Numbered from the stretch's first letter, positions 40,639-48,499 are shown. The stretch: DNA of 64,000 nucleotides from a candidate division WOR-3 bacterium (GCA_039802605.1 JBDRWW010000002.1:245613-309612); one strand, 5' to 3'. The notes: generated by a model not told the origin, from the sequence alone. Made by a program: numbers and translations.

Positions 40639-41442
40639 TTACCCCGGATTCAAAAGGTTCTCCAAAACTTTAATTATGGTGGAATACTCATCACCCATAA
40701 CGCTTATGGCCGTGTAAAACCTTTTTGTTGTCCGTAAAAACTCGTTTATTATCTGGACATCGAGGTTAAATCCCACCTTAGCATCTTCCGGGCTTTCAAA
40801 TGTGGAAGAAAACACTTTAATTCCTTCAATTTCAACATAATGCCCATAGTCGTTATATCCCGGAGGAAAAGAGAAGTTATAACCGTTTTTTATCTTAGCC
40901 AACATAAATGTGTGAGACCCGTTAAACTTTGGAACCAATACTATATCGCCGGGATTCGCCAAAATCATAACCTTTAAAATGTTAAACCTCTTTTCAATTT
41001 CTTCGTTTGAAACATTGGGATTTAACTTTTTCCAAGCATCGGCAAAGTTTATAATTCCCTTCCTCAAATCGCACCACCCCCAGCCCTGCCTTAACCTTCC
41101 TTTTAGGGCTTCATTTTTCAAAAATTCAAAATCGCTCTCGTAATTTAACCTCCAAGTAAATACCCAGCGAAAAGATTTGCTTTTATCCTTTATCCTGTAA
41201 AGTGTTGCCCTTGAAATCCCATATTGGGATAATATTTCGTTTTCACTTTTTCCGAGTTTCAGATCCGCCAATATCTTGGCTATTTCAAGGGAGGATAATC
41301 TCTTAGCCTGCCCTTCATGGTTTATTGATGGGATGTTAAGGGAAAATGTGTTGTGGCACAATTTACACTTAAACCTTAAAGGGTTCTCCGAATGTTTCTT
41401 TACCATATAACTTTTGCATTCCGGACATTTTATTACGAACAT
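40639..41442 (-). CDS. Zn-ribbon + HTH + PUA-like/Mrr-N-type domain protein
   Basis: CPEC...CKLC; resolvase-type HTH (YGISRATLYRI); RLRQGWG...GDIVLVP domain. Confidence 0.6.
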   Translation of the reverse strand: MFVIKCPECKSYMVKKHSENPLRFKCKLCHNTFSLNIPSINHEGQAKRLSSLEIAKILADLKLGKSENEILSQYGISRATLYRIKDKSKSFRWVFTWRLNYESDFEFLKNEALKGRLRQGWGWCDLRKGIINFADAWKKLNPNVSNEEIEKRFNILKVMILANPGDIVLVPKFNGSHTFMLAKIKNGYNFSFPPGYNDYGHYVEIEGIKVFSSTFESPEDAKVGFNLDVQIINEFLRTTKRFYTAISVMGDEYSTIIKVLENLLNPG

Positions 41443-41468
41443 AAGATGACGATTTTAACACTGAGGTT

Positions 41469-41483
41469 TGTCTCACTGTGTGG
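41469..41483 (-). promoter_or_regulatory. Conserved promoter motif, copy 1 (CCACACAGTGAGACA-N11-TAAAAT)
   Basis: Identical 15-mer at 48134-48148; same spacing to -10 in all four copies. Confidence 0.65.
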
Positions 41484-41532
41484 CTGAAAATGGTTTTTAA
41501 GTTTTACCAAATCAACCTTATAATATCGGTTA

Positions 41533-42438
41533 ATGCCAAATATCGGAGAAATTTACAAGGAATTGGAGGAAGCATTGGGAACAAAAGGTGCAAGCGCTGT
41601 TTTAAAATACCTTGAAGCGTTTAGGGAGGAAGTGTTTAAGGCTTACCAAAACGAGATAAGGGCAACACTTAACTACATAACCGAGAAGTTGGAACTTTAT
41701 AACAGGGAAGCAAATACGAGGATAGAAACCTTAAACCAGAAAATAGACACTAAGATAGACGCCGTAAATCAAAAAATAGACGCTATTTACAAAGAGTTAA
41801 ACGGAAAAATAGAGGCGTATTATTTGGAGTTAAGCGCCAAAATTGGGGCTTTGGATGAGAAAATTGAAGCCTTCAAAAGGGAAACAAATACAAGATTTGA
41901 AGCCTTGGATGAAAAGTTAGAGGCTTTCAAGAGGGAAACTAATACAAGGTTTGAGGCTTTGGATGAGAAAATAGAGGCTTACTATAAAGAGTTGGGTACC
42001 AGAATAAACGCCTTGGATGAAAAACTTGTAGCATACCATCGGGAAACAAATGCAAGGTTTGAGGCCATTAATCAAAGGATAGACGCGTTGAATGAAAAAG
42101 TTGAGGCTTATTATAAAGAGTTAAATGATAAAATTGGGGCTTTGAATGAAAAATTAGAGGCTTTCAAGAGGGAAACAAATGCAAAGTTTGAGGCCTTAGA
42201 TGAGAAAATAGAGGCCTATTATAAGGAGTTAAACGGGAAAATCGGGGCTTTGAATGAAAAATTGGAAGCCTATCACAGGGAAACGGATACCAAAATAGAG
42301 GCTCTTAGAAAGGAACTAAGTGCAAAAATTGATAGGATAAACCTTATACTTTACTTTGTGATAATTTTAATCGTATTGGCGATGACGATTTTTAACCCTT
42401 CTTTTGTTGAAATAATAAAGATGATTTTCAAAATGTAG
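41533..42438 (+). CDS. Coiled-coil repeat protein with C-terminal TM anchor
   Basis: 18-aa repeats (ALDEKIEAFKRETNTRFE); hydrophobic C-terminus. Confidence 0.8.
   Translation: MPNIGEIYKELEEALGTKGASAVLKYLEAFREEVFKAYQNEIRATLNYITEKLELYNREANTRIETLNQKIDTKIDAVNQKIDAIYKELNGKIEAYYLELSAKIGALDEKIEAFKRETNTRFEALDEKLEAFKRETNTRFEALDEKIEAYYKELGTRINALDEKLVAYHRETNARFEAINQRIDALNEKVEAYYKELNDKIGALNEKLEAFKRETNAKFEALDEKIEAYYKELNGKIGALNEKLEAYHRETDTKIEALRKELSAKIDRINLILYFVIILIVLAMTIFNPSFVEIIKMIFKM
41848..42300 (+). repeat. Intragenic ~54-bp degenerate tandem repeats
   Basis: About 8 copies of AL[DN]EK[ILV]EA[FY]..E. Confidence 0.8.
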
Positions 42439-42457
42439 TTGTTCGGATTTCAATCAG

Positions 42458-42472
42458 CCACAGAGTGAAAAT
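42458..42472 (+). promoter_or_regulatory. Conserved promoter motif, copy 2 (CCACAGAGTGAAAAT-N11-CATTAT)
   Basis: TCAGCCACAGAGTGA matches copy 1 at 14/15; TTG start 6 nt after the -10-like hexamer. Confidence 0.5.
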
Positions 42473-42495
42473 TAAAACGGCATCATTATAAGCGT

Positions 42496-43284
42496 TTGGA
42501 TATGAAAAGGTCGTATTTACCCCAAAAGGTTGAGGAAATGCTGGAAAAATTGGGTGATGGCGAAAAGGAGATATTATTACTATCCTCTTACATTACCCCT
42601 ATAATAATTTTGCCTGTGCTTGGGATTATTTGGGGATGCTCGGGTTCGGAAAAGGTAGAACTGTCAAAGGAGGGAAAACTCGTAGAAAAGATGGCGGAAG
42701 CCACATACGAGGTTATAAACTCGTGGGAACAACTCCTTAAAACGATGGAGATGAGTACCGTTTGGGATTTGGGGTATGGTTTAAAGGATATGATAGAATA
42801 CCAGATTAAAAACGGCGGTTCGGGAGAAAAGTTATTTAAGGAACTTTCGGATAGCACAACACCCATAGGCTCAACTTATAGGATGGCCGTTGATAATATG
42901 GCTCGGGGGTTTTTGGCAAGCGATGTTTTTACGGAGGAATATATGAAAAACTTTTTCTATTGCTCGTGGTCAAGGTTTTACGGCAATGAGGTTATGGATT
43001 CCTTGCGGAAATGGAGTAATAATAACAGGTATGAGGCCATATCGTTGGTTTTTAAGGGTTTGAAGAATTACATTCAATATGTAATCGCCAATGGGGACTC
43101 GTTGGCTTACGATAAAGCGGAAAGCGCCTTGCTTGCAACGGGTTGTTTGTTAGTTCATATTGATAAAAGAGGCTTGGATTATAATATATTTGACCATTAT
43201 GCAAAACTCGTGCTCGTAATTCCTATGTCTAACGAAGCCTTAAAATTAGCCGCCAAAAAATTAAAAGAAGGGGGTGAAAAATGA
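42496..43284 (+). CDS. Hypothetical protein, possible lipoprotein
   Basis: Hydrophobic stretch ending IIWGC; 262 aa ORF; true start uncertain. Confidence 0.6.
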   Translation: MDMKRSYLPQKVEEMLEKLGDGEKEILLLSSYITPIIILPVLGIIWGCSGSEKVELSKEGKLVEKMAEATYEVINSWEQLLKTMEMSTVWDLGYGLKDMIEYQIKNGGSGEKLFKELSDSTTPIGSTYRMAVDNMARGFLASDVFTEEYMKNFFYCSWSRFYGNEVMDSLRKWSNNNRYEAISLVFKGLKNYIQYVIANGDSLAYDKAESALLATGCLLVHIDKRGLDYNIFDHYAKLVLVIPMSNEALKLAAKKLKEGGEK

Positions 43285-43816
43285 TTTGGGTTTTGGGTAT
43301 AGTTTTTGAAAAGGATATAAAGGTTGGAAATGCCCTTAATGATACCACGACAATCCTCGGAAAATGTTTTTCGTCTTGGTCGCTCTCAAAGGATGGGGGT
43401 TTTAGAATGTCTTTAATGGGTGATGATTATTTACCGGGAGTTAGGGATATTCTAAGGATACCATAAAGGCGGTTTTGGGAATAAGGTGGGCTTTTTGCAT
43501 AGTTAGAAAAAAAATACATTTTCTGCAAAACAAGTATGACTGGTTTAATGCTTATCCGGGAACGGAGTTAAAAACCTGTGCAGAAATGGTTTCGGATTAT
43601 TTTAGGAAAAACTACCCTGATGTTTTTGGTTCAAAGATATACGATATTCATAAGGCGAGGATGACAATCTTTAACGATGTTTATGATTATATAAAGAGAA
43701 ACAAGGACAGCCTTTGGCTTGACGGATACCAAAATTTGGCCGTTGTGGTGGCACTTTACGAGGCCTTTTATCTATATATTGAGGAATATAAAGAATTACC
43801 GGGAGGTGGGAAATGA
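43281..43816 (+). pseudogene. Frameshifted hypothetical secreted protein
   Basis: ORF 43281-43466 and frame-shifted ORF 43475-43816 (open from 43445); SD and ATGA coupling only at the outer ends. Confidence 0.55.
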
Positions 43817-44231
43817 TTTTATTGTTTGCATTTGCAGACCCCGAATGCCTTTACGATGATTATACAAACAATCCGAAAATGGAAGGTATTAGGGCAACTT
43901 TGGTTAAGCATTTAAAGGAAAGGGGTACGGATGCCGTTCCGGAACTTATGGATTATACGATGAAAAGACTTTCGGAATATAACCCCACAAACTGGTTAAA
44001 GGTATGTGGAATATACCTCTGGATGGAAATAGTTTTCAGGTATCCCGATAGGATATTAAACGGTTCTCCGGACGACAATTATTCCGATTTAATAGATTCC
44101 GCAAGGGTAATATTTTAAGCCCCCAAGAGGTCGCTATGGATATATTTGCCACATCCTCATTTTTAAGGGTTTTAATGGATATTGGGGTTAATGAGTTTAG
44201 AATGGAATACACCTGCGGTTATTGGTAGGGT
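43813..44231 (+). pseudogene. Hypothetical secreted protein, probably frameshifted near 44115
   Basis: ORF 43813-44118; one extra T in ATATTTTAAG would continue it as LSPQEVAMDIFATSS...GYW*. Confidence 0.45.
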
Positions 44232-44241
44232 TTAAAGGGTG

Positions 44242-44667
44242 TTAAGTTTGGGGTTGCTCAGGGTTTTCCTGTTTTTCGTTTAATTCTTCGTTTTTTGGGG
44301 GTTTTTCTTGGGATTTGTCCTTGGGAGAATTTCTCAGAAATTCTAAGAATTCGGAAATATTGCTAATGCTTTGTAATTTTTTTTGCGGGTTTTTTTGATT
44401 TTTGTTTTCTTTATCTTTATATTCTGCGTGTAAGTATATTTTCCCATTTTCTTTAAGGAGTTTCAAGGTAAATCTGTTGCCTTTGCCCTCATATTTTAAT
44501 TGTACCTCTTTGTTGTCTTCTATATAACCTGAAAATTTCTCTAAAACCTTTAAGAACTCTTCTAAAACCTTATTTTCATCATCGAGCGACTTTAAGTATT
44601 TAACCGCCGAATCTTTTAAAGCCTCTAACTTCCTTTTTTCCCATCCGTCTTTATTATCTTGCACCAT
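44242..44667 (-). CDS. Hypothetical protein in frame with mcrB, beyond a single TGA
   Basis: 15 sense codons separate the mcrB TGA (44715-44713) from ATG 44667. Confidence 0.55.
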   Translation of the reverse strand: MVQDNKDGWEKRKLEALKDSAVKYLKSLDDENKVLEEFLKVLEKFSGYIEDNKEVQLKYEGKGNRFTLKLLKENGKIYLHAEYKDKENKNQKNPQKKLQSISNISEFLEFLRNSPKDKSQEKPPKNEELNEKQENPEQPQT

Positions 44668-44712
44668 GAAGGATTTCTCTATTAGGTCTGCAAGGGCATA
44701 AGAGAGTTTAGT

Positions 44713-45996
44713 TCATTCACCCATTAGGAAGTTTTTGAATTCTTCTATATCCACATCTTGGCCATTTTTAACCAACTTACCCCCCTTGATTTCAAATTCA
44801 TTGTTGTCCTTTTTAATCTTTATAACCTTATTTTCCACAACTATATGTATGTCGTCTTGTTTATTAGGGTTATTTGGGCTTTTATTCAAATCTATGAGGC
44901 CATCCTGAACATATTCATTTATCAAAGGCACAACTTGATAGATAAACTTATAGGCGATCTTGTCTATATCACCTATAAAATAAGTATGCCCAATCTTTAC
45001 ATCTTCGGGGTCGTATTCGGGTGAAATATGCTCTTCTATAAATTTATTAACCGCTTCCATTAATTTTTGGCTGTATGTGTTTTCGGCATAATCTTGATCC
45101 GCATGCATCGGATAAAATGTAAATCTCCTCCTTATAGCGTAATCAATCCTACCAGCCGACCTATCCGCCGTGTTCATTGTGCCTATGATATAAAGGTTTT
45201 CGGGTATTCTTACGGTTTTTCCGTAAAGGGTATTAACCTCTTTACCCCTATATTCAAGGGCGTATATCAATTCACCCAAAACCGCCGGCAAATTAGCCCT
45301 GTTTATCTCATCTATAATTAGAATATATTCCTTATTGGGGTTTTCTTCCGCCAACTTTGATATCTGAACGAGAACCCTTTCCACCGTGTTGTACTGTATA
45401 TTATTTCCTTCCGCTTTCGCCTCAATGCCATATATGAAATCGTCATAGTTGTATGCAGGGTGGAACTGGACAATAGCCCAACGAAAAATATCATGGGGTT
45501 TTAGTTTTATATCCTCAACACCTTCATAATCATAAGGCACAACACCCGAGGGTTTTACGACAAGCCAGATGTTATTGTTTGAGTTGTTTAACTTCTCTAA
45601 CTTCTCTTTTATGTCTTCGCTGTGAATGGTTATTTCCTTTTCTATTTTTACTACCCCCTCCCTATCCCCATTTATCTTTAATTTCCCTATATTGGCGTTT
45701 CCATTCCCTTTATACACAAGAACAAAATCATCTTGTGCAAAATTATCCTTAGCCCCCTCAGGTATAAAGATTTTATTAACATCCTTTACAACTATATGCA
45801 ACCTTTCCCTAAGTTTGTAAATCTCTAATTCGTCTTCCCATTTATTGTTAGAGGGTATATCTGTTATAACAAAATATGCAAAACTTTTGGCCATATATGT
45901 TTTACTCGTTCCCGGCGGGCCGTAAAGAATGATATTGGGGTTGTGGCTGAGTAAATCCCTTATCTCTTTAAGCATCTTCCTTATCTCTTTAAGCAT
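44713..45996 (-). CDS. mcrB: McrB-family AAA+ GTPase lacking an N-terminal DNA-binding domain
   Basis: NIILYGPPGTSKT, VQFHPAYNYDDF, IIDEINRAN, GTMNTADRS (McrB NxxD signature), AIRRRF, IGHTYF. Confidence 0.9.
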   Translation of the reverse strand: MLKEIRKMLKEIRDLLSHNPNIILYGPPGTSKTYMAKSFAYFVITDIPSNNKWEDELEIYKLRERLHIVVKDVNKIFIPEGAKDNFAQDDFVLVYKGNGNANIGKLKINGDREGVVKIEKEITIHSEDIKEKLEKLNNSNNNIWLVVKPSGVVPYDYEGVEDIKLKPHDIFRWAIVQFHPAYNYDDFIYGIEAKAEGNNIQYNTVERVLVQISKLAEENPNKEYILIIDEINRANLPAVLGELIYALEYRGKEVNTLYGKTVRIPENLYIIGTMNTADRSAGRIDYAIRRRFTFYPMHADQDYAENTYSQKLMEAVNKFIEEHISPEYDPEDVKIGHTYFIGDIDKIAYKFIYQVVPLINEYVQDGLIDLNKSPNNPNKQDDIHIVVENKVIKIKKDNNEFEIKGGKLVKNGQDVDIEEFKNFLMGE

Positions 45997-45999
45997 CTT
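45957..45999 (-). repeat. 21-bp tandem duplication AAGATGCTTAAAGAGATAAGG x2 at the mcrB start
   Basis: Seen directly; encodes MLKEIRK/MLKEIRD. Confidence 0.8.
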
Positions 46000-46549
46000 T
46001 ACGAAATTTTTGGGTATTAATCATCTCCTCTAATTCTGGGACCACATCTTTTAATATAGAACCCAATTTAAAGATATCTTCATCCTTTAATGGATACATG
46101 TTATCTTGCAAACCCTTAGTGTTTATATGGGTTTCAAAAGGCTTTTCTATCTTCTTTATTTTAGTCACTTTAAAAAGGATTTTTGGGCGCTTCTTTTCAT
46201 TTTCATATTCTTTATTTTTCCAATAATCATATTCTTCACACTGCGACCATTCATCGGGAATAACTTCTTTCTGAACATTTAAAAAACCTTCAACTCTAAA
46301 TATAGCTTCAAGTTTGTTATGAGAAAATGCAAGAACCGGGAAACCTTTATATCGTTTAAGAACTTCTTTCAGTTGTCTCAAAGTTTCGTCTGTGCCTACA
46401 GGATTTTGATGCCACCAGAAATATAAAGTACAGGGCTTACCGGACTCATTAAAACGCTTAATCATTTCTTCGAGCCACCCTTTAAGCCCTGTATCCGAAA
46501 AATAAAGCCCATATACTTTTATTTGATTTGTATTGTTGCTTCTATCCAT
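45989..46549 (-). CDS. Hypothetical protein, candidate detached McrB recognition domain
   Basis: ATG 46549 with AGGAGGAGG SD; aromatic-rich (YFWWHQ); overlaps the mcrB start by 8 nt. Confidence 0.65.
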   Translation of the reverse strand: MDRSNNTNQIKVYGLYFSDTGLKGWLEEMIKRFNESGKPCTLYFWWHQNPVGTDETLRQLKEVLKRYKGFPVLAFSHNKLEAIFRVEGFLNVQKEVIPDEWSQCEEYDYWKNKEYENEKKRPKILFKVTKIKKIEKPFETHINTKGLQDNMYPLKDEDIFKLGSILKDVVPELEEMINTQKFRKDA

Positions 46550-46632
46550 TTCCTCCTCCTTTTTTTCTCCCCCACCCCCGGCACCAAGGGGTGGGAACCT
46601 ACCATCCAAGGCCGGTGCCGCCCGAAGTGGGT
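46550..46632 (-). promoter_or_regulatory. GC-rich structured 5' leader of the mcrB operon
   Basis: TATAAT at 46638-46633; hairpin CCCACCCC/GGGGTGGG whose loop GGTGCCG is complementary to upstream CGGCACC. Confidence 0.5.
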
Positions 46633-46664
46633 ATTATACATATGAATCGTTCGTTATGTTATCA

Positions 46665-47369
46665 CTAAACAAAAGCGCTTCTTTCGCCCTTTTTATCCCA
46701 AGAAATGCGGATATTCGCGATTTCCTCGTCAATCTCTTGCCAGTGTTTAAAGGTTTTGTCCATATTTCTCGGGAGGTTTAGGGTTTCCAAAGCCTTGCTA
46801 ATCAGGTCTTGATTTTCCATATCTACCCCGAAGTATAAACTTCCGAAGCTAATTTCAAAAAATACCTTTTTTTCTTTAATCACCTTGGGGGCATATGAAA
46901 ACTCTACCTTTAAGAGATCGCAGTTTAAGGTTCCTCTGAGTGTTGGATATAGGGATTCTAAGGCTTTAAAGATTTCCCTCATATCAACGGGTAAATCAAT
47001 AATATCTAAGATCTTATCCCTTAGGCCCTCGGATTGTTTGAGTTCGTGTAAATATTTCATTCCCATAAGCCCATCCCCCACCTTTAACAAATAATCGTTT
47101 GTGATTATGAACATCCTCGCAATATCCCAAGGGATGAAATAAACGAACTGTAAAACGCCCTCTTTAAAACCTTCTTCAAACCTTTGTAAAAGATCAATCA
47201 ACTCGCCAACCTTATCGCTATTCAAATTAAAGGTGCTTAAAACATTTAAAGCGGTTGCGGATAGACGGTTTTGAGATATTGAACTGACCTCCAAATCCTC
47301 TAAAATCTTACCCTCAAACAATCTAACGGCCATAATTCCAAAATACGATTTAAATTCTAAAATCATCAT
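46665..47369 (-). CDS. Hypothetical protein; paralog of 47350-48108
   Basis: Shared motifs LP....EI...L......L..TLN and LI.KAL..LN. Confidence 0.65.
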   Translation of the reverse strand: MMILEFKSYFGIMAVRLFEGKILEDLEVSSISQNRLSATALNVLSTFNLNSDKVGELIDLLQRFEEGFKEGVLQFVYFIPWDIARMFIITNDYLLKVGDGLMGMKYLHELKQSEGLRDKILDIIDLPVDMREIFKALESLYPTLRGTLNCDLLKVEFSYAPKVIKEKKVFFEISFGSLYFGVDMENQDLISKALETLNLPRNMDKTFKHWQEIDEEIANIRISWDKKGERSAFV

Positions 47370-48108
47370 ATTCCACCTCCCTATTACCTAACAAAATCAA
47401 TTCGTTGATAAGTATAGCCTTTAGATCTTTTATCGTTGTTATTGTAAATGAAACTTCGTCCTCAAACGGATATAGTAATTTGAAGGTTTTAGGCAAATTT
47501 TTAGCCTCCGGGTCAATGTTTAAAACGCTTAAAGCCTTATCCACGAGCGTCTCGTCCTTTATACCGAGTTCAAACATATGCGCAAAATTGCCAAAAAAAT
47601 GGAAAATTATATAAAATCCATCTTTAAGATCGCTACCCGAAGAGAGTTCAAACTTAACATACCTCCTGTTAAGGGTGTTTGCCAAATCCTTTTCCAAGTC
47701 TTTTAGGGTTTCAATTATTTCCAATATGGGTATGGGTAGGTTAAACCCTTCAAGAAGATTAACCAATATCCTTAAATACACATCTAAGGATGAATTTCCG
47801 GCTTTTTTGAAATAACAACGCACCGAAAAACCGTCGGCACCTATGAACAAGTCCAGATCGTTAAGATATGGGAAATATTTAATCCGTATCAACCGTCCCC
47901 TTAAAATCTCCTCCATATTTGATATTAAACCCAAGAGTTTTTCGGTTTTCCTATTCTTTATACCCGCAAGTTTTATCACATCGGCAACCAAAAGCCTAAT
48001 TCCTTCATCCGAAGCCAACCCCAAGGTTATCCTGTTGCTTTCCTCATCCTTGGGGTCGTTAAATGCTGTAATGTTGAATAGGTTTTGAGTTGCTTTAAAC
48101 CTCACCAT
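47350..48108 (-). CDS. Hypothetical protein; paralog of 46665-47369
   Basis: Start moved to ATG 48108, 8 nt after TAGAAT. Confidence 0.65.
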   Translation of the reverse strand: MVRFKATQNLFNITAFNDPKDEESNRITLGLASDEGIRLLVADVIKLAGIKNRKTEKLLGLISNMEEILRGRLIRIKYFPYLNDLDLFIGADGFSVRCYFKKAGNSSLDVYLRILVNLLEGFNLPIPILEIIETLKDLEKDLANTLNRRYVKFELSSGSDLKDGFYIIFHFFGNFAHMFELGIKDETLVDKALSVLNIDPEAKNLPKTFKLLYPFEDEVSFTITTIKDLKAILINELILLGNREVEYDDFRI

Positions 48109-48133
48109 ACGCCTGTATTCTAATATGAATCCC

Positions 48134-48148
48134 TGTCTCACTGTGTGG
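48134..48148 (-). promoter_or_regulatory. Conserved promoter motif, copy 3 (CCACACAGTGAGACA-N11-TAGAAT)
   Basis: Identical to copy 1. Confidence 0.65.
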
Positions 48149-48157
48149 TTATATAAA

Positions 48158-48172
48158 GCACGGAGTGATACA
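48158..48172 (+). promoter_or_regulatory. Conserved promoter motif, copy 4 (GCACGGAGTGATACA-N11-TAGACT)
   Basis: 11/15 match and the same spacing to -10; ATG 48200 follows 10 nt later. Confidence 0.55.
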
Positions 48173-48199
48173 TAAAAATTCCTTAGACTTATCAGCCTT

Positions 48200-48424
48200 A
48201 TGAAAGGCGTAACATGCGCAAGGTGTGGGATGAGGAACTTAAGGCCTATACCTTCCCGTTGCGCGGGAACAAAATTACCACACGAATGGATACCCTACGA
48301 CCCAAGTGTTAAGAAATATGTGTGTAGGTATTGCGGGATGACGAATTTAAAGCCTGTAAGGGGTAAATGTAAGGCGAGGAGGGGGTATATAGACGAATAT
48401 CACATCTTTGTCCCTTGGGAATAA
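48200..48424 (+). CDS. Small tandem zinc-finger-like protein
   Basis: Two repeats: CARCGMRNLRP...C...H and CRYCGMTNLKP...C...H. Confidence 0.7.
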   Translation: MKGVTCARCGMRNLRPIPSRCAGTKLPHEWIPYDPSVKKYVCRYCGMTNLKPVRGKCKARRGYIDEYHIFVPWE

Positions 48425-48499
48425 ACCCCTTTACCTATACTCCTTGTTAGTCAATACTCTGCTATGAATCTCCTCATAACCCCACCCGGATAAATTTCG

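Noticed and set aside
40639..41442. IS1/IS1595-like transposase
   Set aside because: Zn ribbon and HTH are present, but no DDE domain, terminal repeats or target duplication were seen
41848..42300. Possible CRISPR array
   Set aside because: Repeats are degenerate, in frame, without unique spacers; no cas genes
44713..44715. Selenocysteine or alternative genetic code at the mcrB TGA
   Set aside because: Many genes here end in TGA normally; no Cys-type redox context or evident SECIS
46550..46609. N-terminal extension MDGRFPPLGAGGGG of ORF 45989-46609
   Set aside because: It translates the structured leader; a strong SD supports ATG 46549
46550..46632. Known riboswitch (fluoride, ZTP, guanidine), SRP RNA or terminator
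   Set aside because: Conserved cores not matched by eye; the hairpin is followed by an A-run, not a U-run, on the coding strand
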